A stretch of DNA of 64,000 nt from Mobula hypostoma (lineage: Eukaryota): contig NC_086108.1 of the NCBI RefSeq assembly GCF_963921235.1, forward strand, positions 106,084,001-106,148,000, in the 5' to 3' direction. Below are positions 62,301-64,000 of the stretch, piece by piece. Each line of letters opens with the position of its first letter. Within the stretch, counting starts at the first letter, position 1. The notes under the pieces were generated by a model. The model was not told the origin of the DNA, did no database searches, and saw nothing but the letters and a program-made list of their open reading frames with translations. Position numbers and translations under genes: made by a program.

Positions 62301-63542
62301 CAATGTCATACTTGCCAAACTGTAGCTGAATTTCAAGATCGGCCATTTTATTTCTTATACTGTGTGCATTTAAATATAATACTTTCAGTCTAGTATTCGT
62401 TACTTTCTGTTTTAACTACACCATACCTCTATTGCCCTGTAACTCATCTCTCTTGCTGTGACTATGCCTCATCTTCTGCCTGTTCTTTCCATAATCTCTG
62501 TTGCACGCTATCTTTTACTTATTTCCATTTTCTCCTTCCTCAGCCCTATTTCCCATCCACCTGTGAAATTACTTTAAAGACTCCCTATCAGCTCTATTAA
62601 ACCTGCCTGCTAGGATATTGGACCCCTTTGGGTTCAGGTGTAACCTATCCTTTTTGTACAGGTCGTACCTCCCCCCGAAGAGGCCCCAGTGATGCAGGAA
62701 TCTGAAACCCAGCCCCCTATACCGGTCTCTTAGCCACACATTAATATGCCTGATCATGTTATTCTTGTGCTCGTTAGCATGTAGCACAGGCAGCGGTCCT
62801 GAGATTACTACTCTGGAAGTCAAGCTTTTCAACTTCGTACCTAACTCCCTGAATTCTCTCTTCAGGACCTCCTCCTTTTTTCTACCGATGTGATTGATAT
62901 CAAAATGTACCAAGACCTCTGGCCCTTCACCCTCTCCCTTCAGAATACTATGCACCCGATCTGAGGCATCCCATACTCTGGCACTTGGGAGGCAATATAC
63001 TATGTGGGTATCTCTTTCAGGTTGACAGAGCCTCATGTCTATTCCCCTCACTATGGAATCCCCTATGACTACCACATTCCTCATCTTCCTCTTTCCCTCC
63101 TGCACCACAGAACCAGGCTCAGTGCCAGAGACACAATCGCCGTGGATGTCCTCTGTCAGGTCACCCTCCTCAACAGCATCCAAAACGAGATAGCGGTTAC
63201 AGAGGGGGGTGGCCACATGGGTTCTCTCTACTATCTGAACTCTCCCCTTCCCTTCCCTGACTGTCATCCAATAATCTAACTCCTGCAGCTTCGGGGTGAC
63301 TCACTCCCTGTAGCTCCTATCTATCTCCTGCTCACTTTCCCTAATAAGCTGTAGGTCATCAAGCTGCAGCTCCAGATCCCTAACGTGGTCTCTCAGGAGC
63401 TGCATCTCAGTGCACCTGGAGCGGATGTGGCTATCTGGGAGACTGGAAGATTCCCAGGATTCCCACATCTGACACCCAGATCAAAGTACTAACCCTACAG
63501 ATATGCTCCTTATTCCTTCAAAAATGCAAGGAAAAAAATGAA

Positions 63543-63672
63543 AACACGAGGAATTCTGCAGATGCTGGAAATTCAAGCAACGCACATCAAAGTTGCTGGT
63601 GAACGCAGCAGGCCGGGCAGCATCTCTAGGAAGAGGTACAGTCGACGTTTCAGGCCGAGACCCTTCATCAGG
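63543..63672 (-). mobile_element. ~130-bp PLE-derived short insertion starting at the hammerhead
   Basis: TSD AGGAAAAAA(A)TGAA at 63529-63542 and 63670-63682; family signature ctgctgcgttcaccagcaac on the minus strand. Confidence 0.85.
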
Positions 63673-63673
63673 A
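63639..63673 (-). ncRNA. Minimal type I hammerhead ribozyme motif with an intact catalytic core
   Basis: Minus strand tc-CTGATGA-a-GGGT-ctcg-GCCT-GAAAC-GTC-gactg; the 5' strand of stem I is truncated at the insertion boundary. Confidence 0.7.
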
Positions 63674-64000
63674 AAAAATGAAGTCTACTTACCCACTTAC
63701 CTCAGCAAAGCCTGAATGAGCCAAAGCTCTACCGTTCTGACTCAGGCCACTCCGTGGAAGACTGCTCCTTTGATGCCCGCTCCGCTAGGCAGTGTCTCCC
63801 TCTGTGAAAAGATTTTTTTACATACAAGCAGGTCAGGTTATTGTATTCGTAAGTAGATTGAAGTTATTTTTAGGACATTTTCAGGATTAGGGCATATAAC
63901 AATTAACTTCAGCCGCCAACCTTCAAATCTGAATCTGTATTGTAGATTAAGTTTAAAATACAGCTCTGGACAATGGGTTCCTAGAGCTGTGCAAATGGCA

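Larger units (their letters stand above)
59495..63800 (-). mobile_element. Near full-length CR1 LINE (ORF1 with SGNH esterase plus APE-RT ORF2), inactivated
   Basis: ORF 62569..63267 VVIGDSIVRG..LPSARV..DRLHLNPKGS; APE VYRP..FGDSN..LDWV..SDHN; RT/C-terminal ORF 59590..60564; stops and frameshifts in between. Confidence 0.95.

Noticed and set aside
1..64000. CRISPR array, operons or prokaryotic defence system
   Set aside because: No regularly spaced repeat-spacer array and no gene-dense coding; the sequence is vertebrate repeat DNA

Overview
Eukaryotic, repeat-saturated vertebrate DNA. The repeat mix (CR1, Rex1/Babar, RTE, L2, Penelope, V-SINE/HE1-like SINEs, Tc1 derivatives) suggests a cartilaginous fish, probably a ray or skate; this is an inference. 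No host protein-coding gene, rRNA, tRNA gene or CRISPR array can be supported, and every ORF I can recognise is a retroelement or transposon remnant. Main content: about 10 CR1 copies (two near full length with an SGNH-esterase ORF1, and a young subfamily present three times), many Rex1/Babar and RTE fragments, one L2 3' end, tRNA-derived SINEs, internally deleted Tc1 elements and solo LTRs. The most interesting signal is a dense Penelope-like (PLE) family whose terminal repeat carries a minimal type I hammerhead ribozyme motif (CAGTC-CTGATGA-stem II-GAAAC-GTC-GACTG). It also occurs as ~130-bp TSD-flanked units that begin at the ribozyme and as an inverted pair inside one 15-bp TSD. Other notable structures are a 57-bp TIR-only Tc1 hairpin, a twin-primed 5'-inverted RTE, two exact locally templated copies, an inverted duplication with a shared flank, multi-layer nested insertions and a ~620-bp non-autonomous retroelement family. 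Boundaries were read by eye and are approximate unless a TSD is quoted.
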